Assembly: GCA_021785125.1 (NCBI GenBank)
Contig: JAJYGF010000012.1
Location: forward strand, 16,612 to 80,611
Length of the DNA: 64,000 nt
Source of the DNA: a bacterium
GTDB lineage: Bacteria; Patescibacteriota; Minisyncoccia; Moranbacterales; UBA2206
Reading direction: 5' to 3'
The position numbers and the translations under genes are program-made. Below, piece by piece: positions 45,896 to 55,941 of the stretch. The notes below the pieces were generated by a model. It had not been told where the DNA came from, ran no database searches, and was given only the letters and a program-made list of their open reading frames with translations. The first letter of the stretch is position 1, and every line of letters starts with the position of its first letter.

Positions 45896-47415
45896 GCCAA
45901 GCAAAAATCGTATTCAAATCCGCCATCTGGGTGACTTTCTCGGAAATACTTTTTAATATGTCTGGTTTTATCATCCATAGCGTCTTGGGAAGGTTTCTCG
46001 GACCGGCCGACTACGGCCGCTACAGCTTGATCATCACTCTGACCACCACTGTCATCATCCTGATCGGCAATGGCATTCCGACCGCCATGGCCAAATATAT
46101 CAGCGAATATTTCGAAACCGACGGCGGCATGGTGAAGATCATCAAAAAACAGGCCATTTTCCTGCAATCGATCATCATCGGCGCACTGACCGTCCTATTC
46201 TTTCTCTCTGCTCCCCTGATTGCAAATCTTCTGGGCGACCCGACCCTGGCACCTCTCTTTCAATTATCCTCCCTGATCATTCCCGCTTTTGCCGCAGCCT
46301 CTTTTTATTTTTCCTACTACACCGGCCTGCATCGCTTCAATATGCAAGCAACCCTCAAGACGCTCCGCTCGATTTTCCGCATAGTTTTTGTAATTATCCT
46401 GGCTCTCATGTTCCGCGTCAAAGGCGCGGTTATCGGCTACATCTTGGCGCCTGCCGCGGTTTTCCTAGTGGCATACTTCACGGATACTTTCAAAATTGAC
46501 AAGGAAATCAGAGCGATCGGACAAAATATGACAGAGCCGCATTTTGAAAGGAAAAAACTGGTGAATTACGCCTGGCAGATTGTAGTTTTTTTCTTAGCCT
46601 ACCAGCTCCTGACCAGCATCGATCTGTACATTGTCCAGGGCGTCTTGCGCGATGAAACTTTGACTGGACTTTATAATGCCGCCAACACGGTTGGCAACAT
46701 TCCATATTACATCTTTTATGCTCTGACGATCTTCATGCTGCCGATGGTTTCCAAATCCACCTCGCAGAACGACTTGAACGAAGCCGGGAGAATCATCAGC
46801 AAGGCCATGCGCATCATGGTCATTCTGCTCCTGCCGATGGTGATCCTCATGGCCGTCTTTGCCAGACCTATCCTAGTTGATTTTTATGGCATCAAATATG
46901 CCGCGGCCGCGCCTGTCATGGCTGTTTTGGAGGGCGGCATCGGCTTTCTGACCATCTTTTATGTCATGAGCTTCGCATTGACCGGGGCCGGAAAAACCCG
47001 CATTCCGATGATCATTTCCGTCTTTGGGCTGGCATTGAATACGGTTTTGAACTATATTTTTGTCCAAAAATTTTCCATCGTCGGTTCAGCTTTAGGCACC
47101 GCCACGACTTCAATCGCCATAACCATCCCGATGCTCTACTATGTGTATCGAGATTTCGGCATTTTTATGGAATTGAAAAGCTTTTTAAAGATACTCTTGG
47201 CTTCTGCCGCGATGTTCTTTGCCAGCTTTCTCTTTTCCCAAGGACAGGTCGCTTTCATCTTCTGGTCCTTGATCCTGTTTGCACTTTATCTCCTGACTCT
47301 TTACATATTAGGCGAAATTACTAAGGATGACATCACCTATCTCAAAACGATTTCTAAAAAGAAAAAAGTTTCCGAGGTGGAGGAAGAATTATCCGGCAAC
47401 GAACCTGCCGCTTGA
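45892..47415 (+). CDS. Wzx-type oligosaccharide flippase
   Basis: About 14 TMs; LGRFLGPADYG, GLYNAA; ATGA overlap with the kinase gene. Confidence 0.88.
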   Translation: MSQAKIVFKSAIWVTFSEILFNMSGFIIHSVLGRFLGPADYGRYSLIITLTTTVIILIGNGIPTAMAKYISEYFETDGGMVKIIKKQAIFLQSIIIGALTVLFFLSAPLIANLLGDPTLAPLFQLSSLIIPAFAAASFYFSYYTGLHRFNMQATLKTLRSIFRIVFVIILALMFRVKGAVIGYILAPAAVFLVAYFTDTFKIDKEIRAIGQNMTEPHFERKKLVNYAWQIVVFFLAYQLLTSIDLYIVQGVLRDETLTGLYNAANTVGNIPYYIFYALTIFMLPMVSKSTSQNDLNEAGRIISKAMRIMVILLLPMVILMAVFARPILVDFYGIKYAAAAPVMAVLEGGIGFLTIFYVMSFALTGAGKTRIPMIISVFGLALNTVLNYIFVQKFSIVGSALGTATTSIAITIPMLYYVYRDFGIFMELKSFLKILLASAAMFFASFLFSQGQVAFIFWSLILFALYLLTLYILGEITKDDITYLKTISKKKKVSEVEEELSGNEPAA

Positions 47416-47425
47416 TGTTTCAATG

Positions 47426-49024
47426 CTAATTGCCGCGCGCGGCCCCGCTTTGATCGACGATAGTAAATCTCCCGATCTGTTGGTCACGGCCGACGTTTTC
47501 ATTTTTTCCAAAATTCACCAAGAACAGCTTCATGGAATGGTTGTAATCTTTGGATTTATAGCGCCTCAGTTCCAATCCTCTTTCCCCTGCTAAAAACTGC
47601 AGCGGCCGGAAAAAATGGAACATATCCTTACTATTGCCGTCGATCACCGCCACATGGCTATTATCCATTCGATTGAGGATATAGTTCGCCATACGCTCGC
47701 CCTCTCCGAGCGTGAATATGGACACATTGCCCTTGTCTGTCGAGGTAAATATGCTGAAATCCTTTCGGATAGCTGAAATATTGGTGGCCGTAAAAAATGC
47801 CGTCACCAAAATAACTGCCGACAACACAGGGCTTTTATTATCCGAACGTCTGTGGATAAATTCCAAACACAACCCCAGAAGGATAAAAGCAAAAAACACA
47901 TCCCCGAGATAATATCTCATGGCCTTGTTCACGATCTCGTGCGCGATCGGAATCATGATCAGAAAATAAAGCATGCCATATATGGCGGAAAAAATCCAAA
48001 AATTTTTCTTATTCATGTCCGTTTCGCTCTCTATTTTTTTCCAGAGCAGTGCCATTCCACCGACGGTTAATCCCAGACCGATCGCAATACAGACAAGTGA
48101 ACCGGCCACTTGCGCCATATCTCCATAAGGTAGCGTGAAAAATGTGCAGCTGTCTGGATCGCCCAGACCGGAAACAATCTGCAGATCAGCCTGAAAAGTA
48201 CATGACAGCGCGATTCCGGCCGATTCAAACATCGATGAATTGCCTGATCGCTTGATTTTCTGCGCCGCAAAAAATGCATTGACATTTGATCCGCCAGTAT
48301 GATACAAGTCGATGACCTGCGGGATATTCAAAAGAAAAGCGACAGCCAGAATCACTACAAAATATTTCTTTACCGGAATTTTTCGATATATCGCATAGAC
48401 AAATATGGCCACCGCGTAGATCGGTAAAATAACTAAAAGCAAAGTGTGCAGTTGGACAGCCACGCCAAAAGCTGCGCCTGTCAGAATCGCCCACGCATAT
48501 TTTTTCTTTGCTTTCGCATCAAAAATCTTTACGGACGCAAACACAAATACCAGCGCCCAAAACGGCATCGAATTGGGGTTCCAGGCAAATCGGCCGTAAT
48601 GAACGCCGTAATATGAAATTGCGAGAATAAATGCCAAGATCAAAGCTATGAAAGTCGACAAATATTTTCTAAAAATGAAAAAAACGAGCGGGATGGCCAG
48701 AATTCCGGAAATAAGATCCGGATACGCCATCTTGTCGGGCGCATTCCCGAAAATCTTAGCCGATATGATTTCAAAATAATAAAAGATCGGACCAAGCTTG
48801 AATTCCGTGCCTCCGGCTTTTGGACCGAGCAATGGCCAGCCGCTTTTGCCAGTGACGACATCGCTCACGACCCGGGCGTCGCGCGCCTGGTCATTATTGA
48901 ACCGCAGCCACTCATGAAAATTGTAAGTGCGTAAAAACACGCCTATCAGCAGGATTACGCCAAGAATCCAGATATGCCCTGGCACCGATCTTAATTTGTT
49001 CCAAATATGATTATTCCGCATCAT
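47426..49024 (-). CDS. GT-C (ArnT/PMT-like) glycosyltransferase, paralog 1
   Basis: LRTY..W..DQARD, PLLGP..LGP.FYY, RFAWNPN. Confidence 0.85.
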   Translation of the reverse strand: MMRNNHIWNKLRSVPGHIWILGVILLIGVFLRTYNFHEWLRFNNDQARDARVVSDVVTGKSGWPLLGPKAGGTEFKLGPIFYYFEIISAKIFGNAPDKMAYPDLISGILAIPLVFFIFRKYLSTFIALILAFILAISYYGVHYGRFAWNPNSMPFWALVFVFASVKIFDAKAKKKYAWAILTGAAFGVAVQLHTLLLVILPIYAVAIFVYAIYRKIPVKKYFVVILAVAFLLNIPQVIDLYHTGGSNVNAFFAAQKIKRSGNSSMFESAGIALSCTFQADLQIVSGLGDPDSCTFFTLPYGDMAQVAGSLVCIAIGLGLTVGGMALLWKKIESETDMNKKNFWIFSAIYGMLYFLIMIPIAHEIVNKAMRYYLGDVFFAFILLGLCLEFIHRRSDNKSPVLSAVILVTAFFTATNISAIRKDFSIFTSTDKGNVSIFTLGEGERMANYILNRMDNSHVAVIDGNSKDMFHFFRPLQFLAGERGLELRRYKSKDYNHSMKLFLVNFGKNENVGRDQQIGRFTIVDQSGAARGN

Positions 49025-50670
49025 GGCGCTAATCTATATATGCCCGTCCAATCGCTGAAATTCTTGTAATCGTCAAATTTGTTTCCTCCGGCATCAGACT
49101 GATTGCCGGCATAGGGCGATCCCAGATAAAACTCCGCTTCTCCTTGCGGTATCAAGGTGCTTTCTTTCGCCCTTAAGATATTAACATTTTTTTCGGCCGC
49201 CACATAAGCAAGCGACTTGAAAAAATTGGCATGGGAGGAATCGCTTATGAGATATATTGACTTTTGATGTCCGGAGGATGCGATCATGTATTTTGCCATC
49301 GATTCCATTTCTCCCAGCGCGATCGCATCGGGACCACTTCTCTCCTTGGCCGAAAGTTGCGCGACTATCGGCTGCAGAGTCATAAGATTGGATGCCACCA
49401 GAAAAATAAAGATCAAAATGATGGCCAATCCGGCATACTCCTTGGAATATCGCTCTGACAGAAAATCAATTGCTAATCCAAGAAAGACTATCGGCACAAA
49501 AAAGGTATGGATGAAATATCGCATCTGCGGATCTATGACCGGCAATAAGACCACAAATGAAACGGCAGAAAATATTCCCACCAATCCCAAAAAATATTTT
49601 TTCTCCTTGATTTTTTCCCGCTTGAATTTGTAAAAAAGATACGTATAGCCAAAAAATGAAAACAGGATGCTTAAAATTTCTCCGGCCAAGAACGCCGGGT
49701 CATGGATTTTTTGGGAAAATTTGCGAGAAATGTCGCTTTCAGCCACCCTGGTTAATGTGAAATCGCATTGATCCTGGCCGATGGCGGTCAACATATACGC
49801 GTTTGATTCGATGTGGCAATCGATATCCATCCCAAACTTCTGCAATAATTGCCCCGCTCCGCCGCCATTGCCATTTTCATTGACCGAGCTCAAAAAAATT
49901 TCTGAATTTCTGAAGTTAGTGTTATATTCGCTGATTATTTGTCCCGTATTCATTACGACGGCCAGAAGAAAAATCGCGCCCCAACTTATCCATGTCCGCC
50001 GGTCTTTGACAACTGAAAAAGCGCACGCCAGAAGCGCCAGGGCCGGGAGCAGCACCAGCATAATCGCATGAAGCTGTACGCCGACACCCAAAGCGACGCC
50101 AGCCATCACCACCCAGAACCAGCGCGCCTCACGACCATGAACAAGAATTTCAAGCACGGACAATAGAAAAAGAACGGTAAAGAACGGGATTGAATTTATA
50201 TTCCAGGCCGAATGAGAAACTTTAAGCGAATAAAATGAAATCATATAGATTCCGTCCAGCGCCAGCGTCAAATTCGTGCTGAAATATTTTTTCAGGAAAA
50301 AATAAAGGAGCGGTATCGTCAATATGCCGAACAACATGTCCGGATATGCCATTTTGTCCGGCGCGTTTCCGAAAATCTTAGCCGATGTGATTTCGAAATA
50401 ATAATACATCGGCCCAAGGCGGAACCGATTATGGCGGCCGCCCTTGCCGCTATTGCTCATATCCGGTCCAAGCAACGGCCATGGCGATTCACCCTTCACC
50501 ACCGCCCCGACCCGATTGGCATCATTCACTTGGTCTGATCCGAAATCCAGCCAGTTGTGGAACTGATAAGTGCGCAAAAATATTCCTACTGCCAAAATCG
50601 CCAACAAAATCCATATGGGCGCGGGGACCATCTTTAATTTTTCTCTTAACTTTTGTCGCAGATTTTTCAT
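49021..50670 (-). CDS. GT-C (ArnT/PMT-like) glycosyltransferase, paralog 2
   Basis: LRTY..W..DQVND, PLLGP..LGPMYYY, SAWNIN. Confidence 0.85.
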   Translation of the reverse strand: MKNLRQKLREKLKMVPAPIWILLAILAVGIFLRTYQFHNWLDFGSDQVNDANRVGAVVKGESPWPLLGPDMSNSGKGGRHNRFRLGPMYYYFEITSAKIFGNAPDKMAYPDMLFGILTIPLLYFFLKKYFSTNLTLALDGIYMISFYSLKVSHSAWNINSIPFFTVLFLLSVLEILVHGREARWFWVVMAGVALGVGVQLHAIMLVLLPALALLACAFSVVKDRRTWISWGAIFLLAVVMNTGQIISEYNTNFRNSEIFLSSVNENGNGGGAGQLLQKFGMDIDCHIESNAYMLTAIGQDQCDFTLTRVAESDISRKFSQKIHDPAFLAGEILSILFSFFGYTYLFYKFKREKIKEKKYFLGLVGIFSAVSFVVLLPVIDPQMRYFIHTFFVPIVFLGLAIDFLSERYSKEYAGLAIILIFIFLVASNLMTLQPIVAQLSAKERSGPDAIALGEMESMAKYMIASSGHQKSIYLISDSSHANFFKSLAYVAAEKNVNILRAKESTLIPQGEAEFYLGSPYAGNQSDAGGNKFDDYKNFSDWTGIYRLAP

Positions 50671-50671
50671 A

Positions 50672-52264
50672 TCAGTTTTTTAGCTTATATATTCCGACTT
50701 GGCCGAAACCTTGATAGCTTTCCACGATATAATTTCGAAGTTCGGTGCCGACCGGACTGGCGATCTTATCTTTGCCGCCATTCCAACTCTGATCTATGTA
50801 AAACACGGCTTGACCAACCGGAGGAGGTACGCGTTTTGATACGCGCAAAAATTTGACTCCAATCTCATCGCCGACATAAGAAAGCGGCTTGAAGTAGTTT
50901 TGCATATATTTATATCCTCCGGCCAGATAGATCTTTTTTTTTGGCGCCGATTGCGCGGCCATATATTTTCCTATCGGCTCTATTTCACCCAAAACCACGT
51001 ATGTGGCGTTGCTACGGTCTTTAGCGGCATATTTTTCCGCTTCGGATATTATAGTCGAAAAATTGGCGGCGATCAAAAAAACAAACAGCACGGCAACCAT
51101 CCATGCATACCCCCTGCGGCGCAAAAACATGGCCAGAAACCCCAGAAAAATAAACGGCATGAAAATTATCTGAAACAAATATCTCAGCTGGCCATTGTGG
51201 CTGATGATCGGCACCAACGTCAAAAAATTCACCAGTCCAAAGACAAAAAGAAGTCCGAGAAAAATCTTTTTTTGCTCATTTTTTTCTTCTTTCCATAAAT
51301 ATGCCATGGCGACGTATCCGAAAAACATAAAAATCATCCCTATCCATAAACTCAACGCCGTTCCAGCATCCTTGAAATCCGAAAAACTCTGGCAGCCGTC
51401 CTGATTATCCAATGAAGACAGAAAATGCGTACCGGCCTGCCCATGGCAGATCGCATCAAGCTCGACGTTTTCAAGTATGCCGCTTCCCTTGTGCGGCGAT
51501 CTATCATTAAGCACGCTGAAAAAATATTTAGTATTGGAAAAACCGGTCTGAAGTTCGCTATATATCTGCCCCCCATTTAGAATCGACGCGATCAAAAAAA
51601 CAATCAGCCATTTGCGCCATAATTTCGGATCTTTCTTGATCGAAAAAGCCAGTGCCATTAAAACCATAATCGGCAGCATCACCAGAAGTACGGTATGCAG
51701 TTGCACGCTTACGCCCAGAGAAATGCCGAGTCCCGCAATCCAATACCATTTCGTCCGACTTCTGGAAAATAAAAGTTCGGAAAGCGAGATTAGAAAAAGT
51801 ATGACAAAAAATGGAATGGGGTTCGAGTTCCAAGCAAATCTGGAGTAACGGATATCATAGAACGACATGGCATAAAGTCCCGCCAGGGCCAGCGACATAT
51901 TGGCACCGAAATAACGCCGCATGAAATAATAGAAGAGCGGGATAGACAGGATGGAAAAAAGAAGATCGGGATAAGCCATCGCCACCGGAGTGATGCCGAA
52001 AATTTTGCCGGAAATTATCTGAAAATAATAATATATCGGACCCAGCCTGAATTTCGTGCTGGCGGCGATCGGTCCCAGAAGCGGCCAACCAGAATGTCCA
52101 TTTACCGCTTTTTCAGCCAAAAACACGTCGCGCGCCTGATCCGGATAAAAATACAACCAGTCGCGAAAATTGTACGTGCGCAAAAAAACGCCGATCAAAA
52201 AAATAAAGATGGCGACACCAAGAAATATTTTTTTATTGTTTTTTTTGAAAAAATCAAGATTCAT
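50672..52264 (-). CDS. GT-C (ArnT/PMT-like) glycosyltransferase, paralog 3
   Basis: LRTY..W..DQARD, PLLGP..LGPIYYY, RFAWNSN. Confidence 0.85.
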   Translation of the reverse strand: MNLDFFKKNNKKIFLGVAIFIFLIGVFLRTYNFRDWLYFYPDQARDVFLAEKAVNGHSGWPLLGPIAASTKFRLGPIYYYFQIISGKIFGITPVAMAYPDLLFSILSIPLFYYFMRRYFGANMSLALAGLYAMSFYDIRYSRFAWNSNPIPFFVILFLISLSELLFSRSRTKWYWIAGLGISLGVSVQLHTVLLVMLPIMVLMALAFSIKKDPKLWRKWLIVFLIASILNGGQIYSELQTGFSNTKYFFSVLNDRSPHKGSGILENVELDAICHGQAGTHFLSSLDNQDGCQSFSDFKDAGTALSLWIGMIFMFFGYVAMAYLWKEEKNEQKKIFLGLLFVFGLVNFLTLVPIISHNGQLRYLFQIIFMPFIFLGFLAMFLRRRGYAWMVAVLFVFLIAANFSTIISEAEKYAAKDRSNATYVVLGEIEPIGKYMAAQSAPKKKIYLAGGYKYMQNYFKPLSYVGDEIGVKFLRVSKRVPPPVGQAVFYIDQSWNGGKDKIASPVGTELRNYIVESYQGFGQVGIYKLKN

Positions 52265-52268
52265 GTTT

Positions 52269-54035
52269 TTAATTTTCCGCGCCTGCGTGCGACAGATCGG
52301 AAATTTTATAAGCGACTATGAATTTGTCTTCATATTTACTGTCGTATTTTATGTATTTTTCGATGAATTTCTCCGCGGCCGACAACACGCGCGGCTTCAC
52401 ATAATCTTTAGCAATCGTGACATATCGTATGTCGGCAGCATTCAAAATTTTGTTGGCCTGCCAAAAAATGTTCGGATCATCCACTTTTTTGGCCGGATCG
52501 TGTCCCTTGGGAATCGTATAGAGAAGTTGCTTGACGACCGGCGTATCGTTTTCCCAGGCAAATTCACCTTTTATCTTGCGCGCCATCGGCATTCCGCCGA
52601 CTATTCCTTTGTGATGCACATTGGCTGTCATGGCCTGATAACTGACAAACTCGTAGTTCGTACTGCCTGGGATTTCCAAAATTTTATATTGGGCCGGGTC
52701 TCTTCCCAGTTGATCATAAAAAGGAGAATAAGCCAAAGAAAATGTCTGCAAAGGAAAAGTAAAGAATTCAAGCAGAATAATTACGGCGAGCACCGCGGCC
52801 GCGGCCGATTCTTTCCAGCGGCGATTTTTAACCAGCCAGACGAAACAATAGGCGAAAAGAATTGCGACGCCCAGCATGGCAAAAACAAACAGGCGTCCCG
52901 TCGTCCTTATGTTGCCGTAAAACGGGAGAAACTTATAAACCAAAAAATATGGCAGATAGATCGTATGTTTGGCTATCGATACGGTCGGACCAAGCGCCAT
53001 GACGTAGAAAAAAAAGAATTCAATCACCCAAAATCGAGAATCTTTGAAAAAATCAGATTCTTTTCTTTTTTTAGCTGAATAGAATGCAAAAAGAATAACA
53101 GCCAAAACGCCAAAACCGATGAAATACGACCCTCTTTCCGTCCCGCCAAGAATGATTTTTTGCATCGTTTCTCCAAATTTTGGCCAAAGCGTGTTGTGGG
53201 CCGGCGGCGCGATCGGATCGAAAGTCATCATAGAATATTTGGCCGCTTGGCTGGTGGTCACGCTCAAAAAGTTATTTTCCGACGTCGCCACTTTCAGCAA
53301 GCCGGAAAAAAGCGTGACCGCCACAATTACCAAGAACAAAACAGAAACAACCCCATACGTCCAAAATTTTTTGTTTTTCAGAAGTTTTGTCCGGTCTGTT
53401 ATCAGCCGATATGCTGCAAAAAACGCAACGAACAGGACGGTAAAAGCCAATAATTGGTGTTCTGACATGGCAATAAGAAACGCGAACAACACAACCAACG
53501 CGTAGTATTTTAACCGGAATTTCTCGAAAAATTTAAAAAGATACAATGTGAAGAAAGGCAGCCATTCCTGCTGCATCGTACCCAGATGCACGGCTACTGA
53601 CTGGTAGAAATGGAATGGCGAGAACGCAAAGACCAACCCAGCCAAAAAAGAGGCTGATTTATTTTTGGTAAAATAAAACGCCAAAAGGTATGTGCCAAAT
53701 CCGCTCAAGATAAAGCTTAGCAGAAACATCGTATTGTAGGCCGCAAATTTATTCAAAAACAGATTCAATATCACATACGGCGTATAAGTGTCGATGTTTT
53801 TGACCAAGAAAACAAAGCCTTTGGAAAAATCAAGCGTTTTGAGATTGCTGGACAGCGCATCGATATGGGCGATCGCCTGATAGGTGTCACCTCCTCCCTT
53901 GGGAATCTCGGAACCGAAACGTATCGCCAAAGGAAAAGTTATAACCAATGATAAAAATATATAGATGGCTGCGACAACGATATTTGTATGACGCTTTATA
54001 AAATTCATTCGATTCGTCGAATTATTATTCCGCAT
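52269..54035 (-). CDS. YfhO-like polytopic membrane protein (probable GT-C)
   Basis: GGDTYQ loop, AGLVFAFSPFH, ALGP, LPFYGNIRTTGR; start may be 54008. Confidence 0.7.
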   Translation of the reverse strand: MRNNNSTNRMNFIKRHTNIVVAAIYIFLSLVITFPLAIRFGSEIPKGGGDTYQAIAHIDALSSNLKTLDFSKGFVFLVKNIDTYTPYVILNLFLNKFAAYNTMFLLSFILSGFGTYLLAFYFTKNKSASFLAGLVFAFSPFHFYQSVAVHLGTMQQEWLPFFTLYLFKFFEKFRLKYYALVVLFAFLIAMSEHQLLAFTVLFVAFFAAYRLITDRTKLLKNKKFWTYGVVSVLFLVIVAVTLFSGLLKVATSENNFLSVTTSQAAKYSMMTFDPIAPPAHNTLWPKFGETMQKIILGGTERGSYFIGFGVLAVILFAFYSAKKRKESDFFKDSRFWVIEFFFFYVMALGPTVSIAKHTIYLPYFLVYKFLPFYGNIRTTGRLFVFAMLGVAILFAYCFVWLVKNRRWKESAAAAVLAVIILLEFFTFPLQTFSLAYSPFYDQLGRDPAQYKILEIPGSTNYEFVSYQAMTANVHHKGIVGGMPMARKIKGEFAWENDTPVVKQLLYTIPKGHDPAKKVDDPNIFWQANKILNAADIRYVTIAKDYVKPRVLSAAEKFIEKYIKYDSKYEDKFIVAYKISDLSHAGAEN

Positions 54036-55827
54036 TATTCACCGCATTTCTGTCGATTTTCTCCTTGATGCCGAAAACATCTTTCCAAAAAACACGATCG
54101 GTCGAACCGGATTTTTTATTGAATCGGAAATTGATGTTTATGTTGCGATTAGTGAAGCTTAGCTCATAAACCATAAGCTGTCCGAACTGTTTATGCGCTA
54201 TGACCGAGAAATTATCACCGAATTTTTTCGTTATCGGATCCAGACCGCTCTTGGCCGGCACGATGGCGAAAAATTGGGCATTCGGATCTCCGTTCAATTT
54301 CAAAGTTCCGTATTTCAGCGTCGGATCGTTCTTTTCGTAAAAAAGATATTCGATCGGCCGGACATGTTCCGGTTTGACGTAATAATAAATAGTCGCCCCG
54401 TTCTTTCTCCGGCCATACATATAATCCGTCACGCCTTGTAATTCTCCCAACGTCACTCCGTCTTTAACTTTCAATATCAAGGTCCGCTTGACCGGAAAAG
54501 CTTTGGTTTGCGAGTTAGCCTGTTCTTTGAACCAAGCGTAAGTGCCGTTGGCATTCGCTGCTAAAATACCGACAAAGATCAAGGCGATCAGTCCGGCTGA
54601 ATATTTCCGGTGTTTTTCTTCCAAATATTGGAAGAAAAATCCTAAGGCGATAAATGGAATCAGGAAAACAACCAGGAAAAAACGCGGACGCAATTGATAT
54701 GCCACTGGAACAGTCAGTACCGTAAACACCACCGTCCAAACGACCACCAGCCACAAAAAATCGCGCTTGACTCCGTCCGGTTTTCGCCGCAGCTCCCTGA
54801 TAAGCAAGATCGCTCCGACCAACAAGATCAATCCGGTAATCGCAATCGGCAAAATGTCTTTGGAAACTTTGTCTTGATAACATGATGATGTCACGGTCAG
54901 GCAATAATACTTCATATTTTCTTTCGCATCTTTGACCAATTTATCGGTCAGCGCCTGTTTGGCGGGCTTACTACCCATCGCCTCGAAAAAATTATGTATA
55001 TTTTGTCCGTTCTTAAAATAATCGCTGATAATGACCGGCGCGTAGGTCACCAAAAACACCAACAGCACGATTCCCGCGTATTTGGTCGCCAATTTCAAAG
55101 CGTCGGATCGCATGATATTTTGGCGGACAGATTTTTCCCATAAGCGAAAATGAATAAAAAGCAGGGCGATCGTGATGCCGATCACGCTAAAAAATCCGAA
55201 GAAATGCAGCTGTGAAGTTATCGAAGCGCCGAACGCGAAAAGGACCGCCCATTTCCACTTGCTTTTTGTATTTTCGGTGTTAAGAAACTTGAGCAAGGCG
55301 TAGAACGCCAAGATCATGAAGAACGGCAATGAATTGGGATTCCAGGCAAAACGGGAATATTGGATAACGATGAATGAAAAAGCATACATGATAACGATCA
55401 GCAAAGAATTTCTCTTTGAAAAATATTCCTTCAGGAAAAGGTACATGAGCGGCAAAACGGCCAGTGAAAAAAATAAGTCGGGATACGCAAAAACGTACGG
55501 CTCGGTCGAATTGAAAATTTTTCCTGAAAGATATTGGAAGTAATAAAAAGCGGGTCCGAGCCTCAAAAATCCATGCTTAAGCTTCGTCGCTCCGGCGCGC
55601 GCCCCCAAAAGCGGCAGGAATTGCGGACCGTTCTTGACCGCATTGGCGATCATGAAAGCGTCCCGCGACTGGTCCATCTTAAAATACAGCCACTGGTCAT
55701 ATTTATATGTTCTGACAAAAATGGCCGCGATAAAGACCACCGTCAATATCACCGCTACGATGAGTTTTTTATTCTTCACAAGTTTTAAATTTATATTTTT
55801 AGCCGAAAATAATGGCTCAAAAGGCAT
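54025..55827 (-). CDS. GT-C (ArnT/PMT-like) glycosyltransferase, paralog 4
   Basis: VRTY..W..DQSRD, PLLG..LGPAFYY, RFAWNPN. Confidence 0.85.
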   Translation of the reverse strand: MPFEPLFSAKNINLKLVKNKKLIVAVILTVVFIAAIFVRTYKYDQWLYFKMDQSRDAFMIANAVKNGPQFLPLLGARAGATKLKHGFLRLGPAFYYFQYLSGKIFNSTEPYVFAYPDLFFSLAVLPLMYLFLKEYFSKRNSLLIVIMYAFSFIVIQYSRFAWNPNSLPFFMILAFYALLKFLNTENTKSKWKWAVLFAFGASITSQLHFFGFFSVIGITIALLFIHFRLWEKSVRQNIMRSDALKLATKYAGIVLLVFLVTYAPVIISDYFKNGQNIHNFFEAMGSKPAKQALTDKLVKDAKENMKYYCLTVTSSCYQDKVSKDILPIAITGLILLVGAILLIRELRRKPDGVKRDFLWLVVVWTVVFTVLTVPVAYQLRPRFFLVVFLIPFIALGFFFQYLEEKHRKYSAGLIALIFVGILAANANGTYAWFKEQANSQTKAFPVKRTLILKVKDGVTLGELQGVTDYMYGRRKNGATIYYYVKPEHVRPIEYLFYEKNDPTLKYGTLKLNGDPNAQFFAIVPAKSGLDPITKKFGDNFSVIAHKQFGQLMVYELSFTNRNININFRFNKKSGSTDRVFWKDVFGIKEKIDRNAVNNAE

Positions 55828-55941
55828 ATTTCGAGCATACGGGCATTATAGCGCAAACCGCCCTGTTTGTAAAAGACCTCTCCGTTTGATTTATGTGGCC
55901 AAAATGATATTATGAATAAAGATAAAAATTAGCCGCTTATT

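Noticed and set aside
52170-53078. 302-aa plus-strand ORF
   Set aside because: Antisense to a well-formed membrane protein gene
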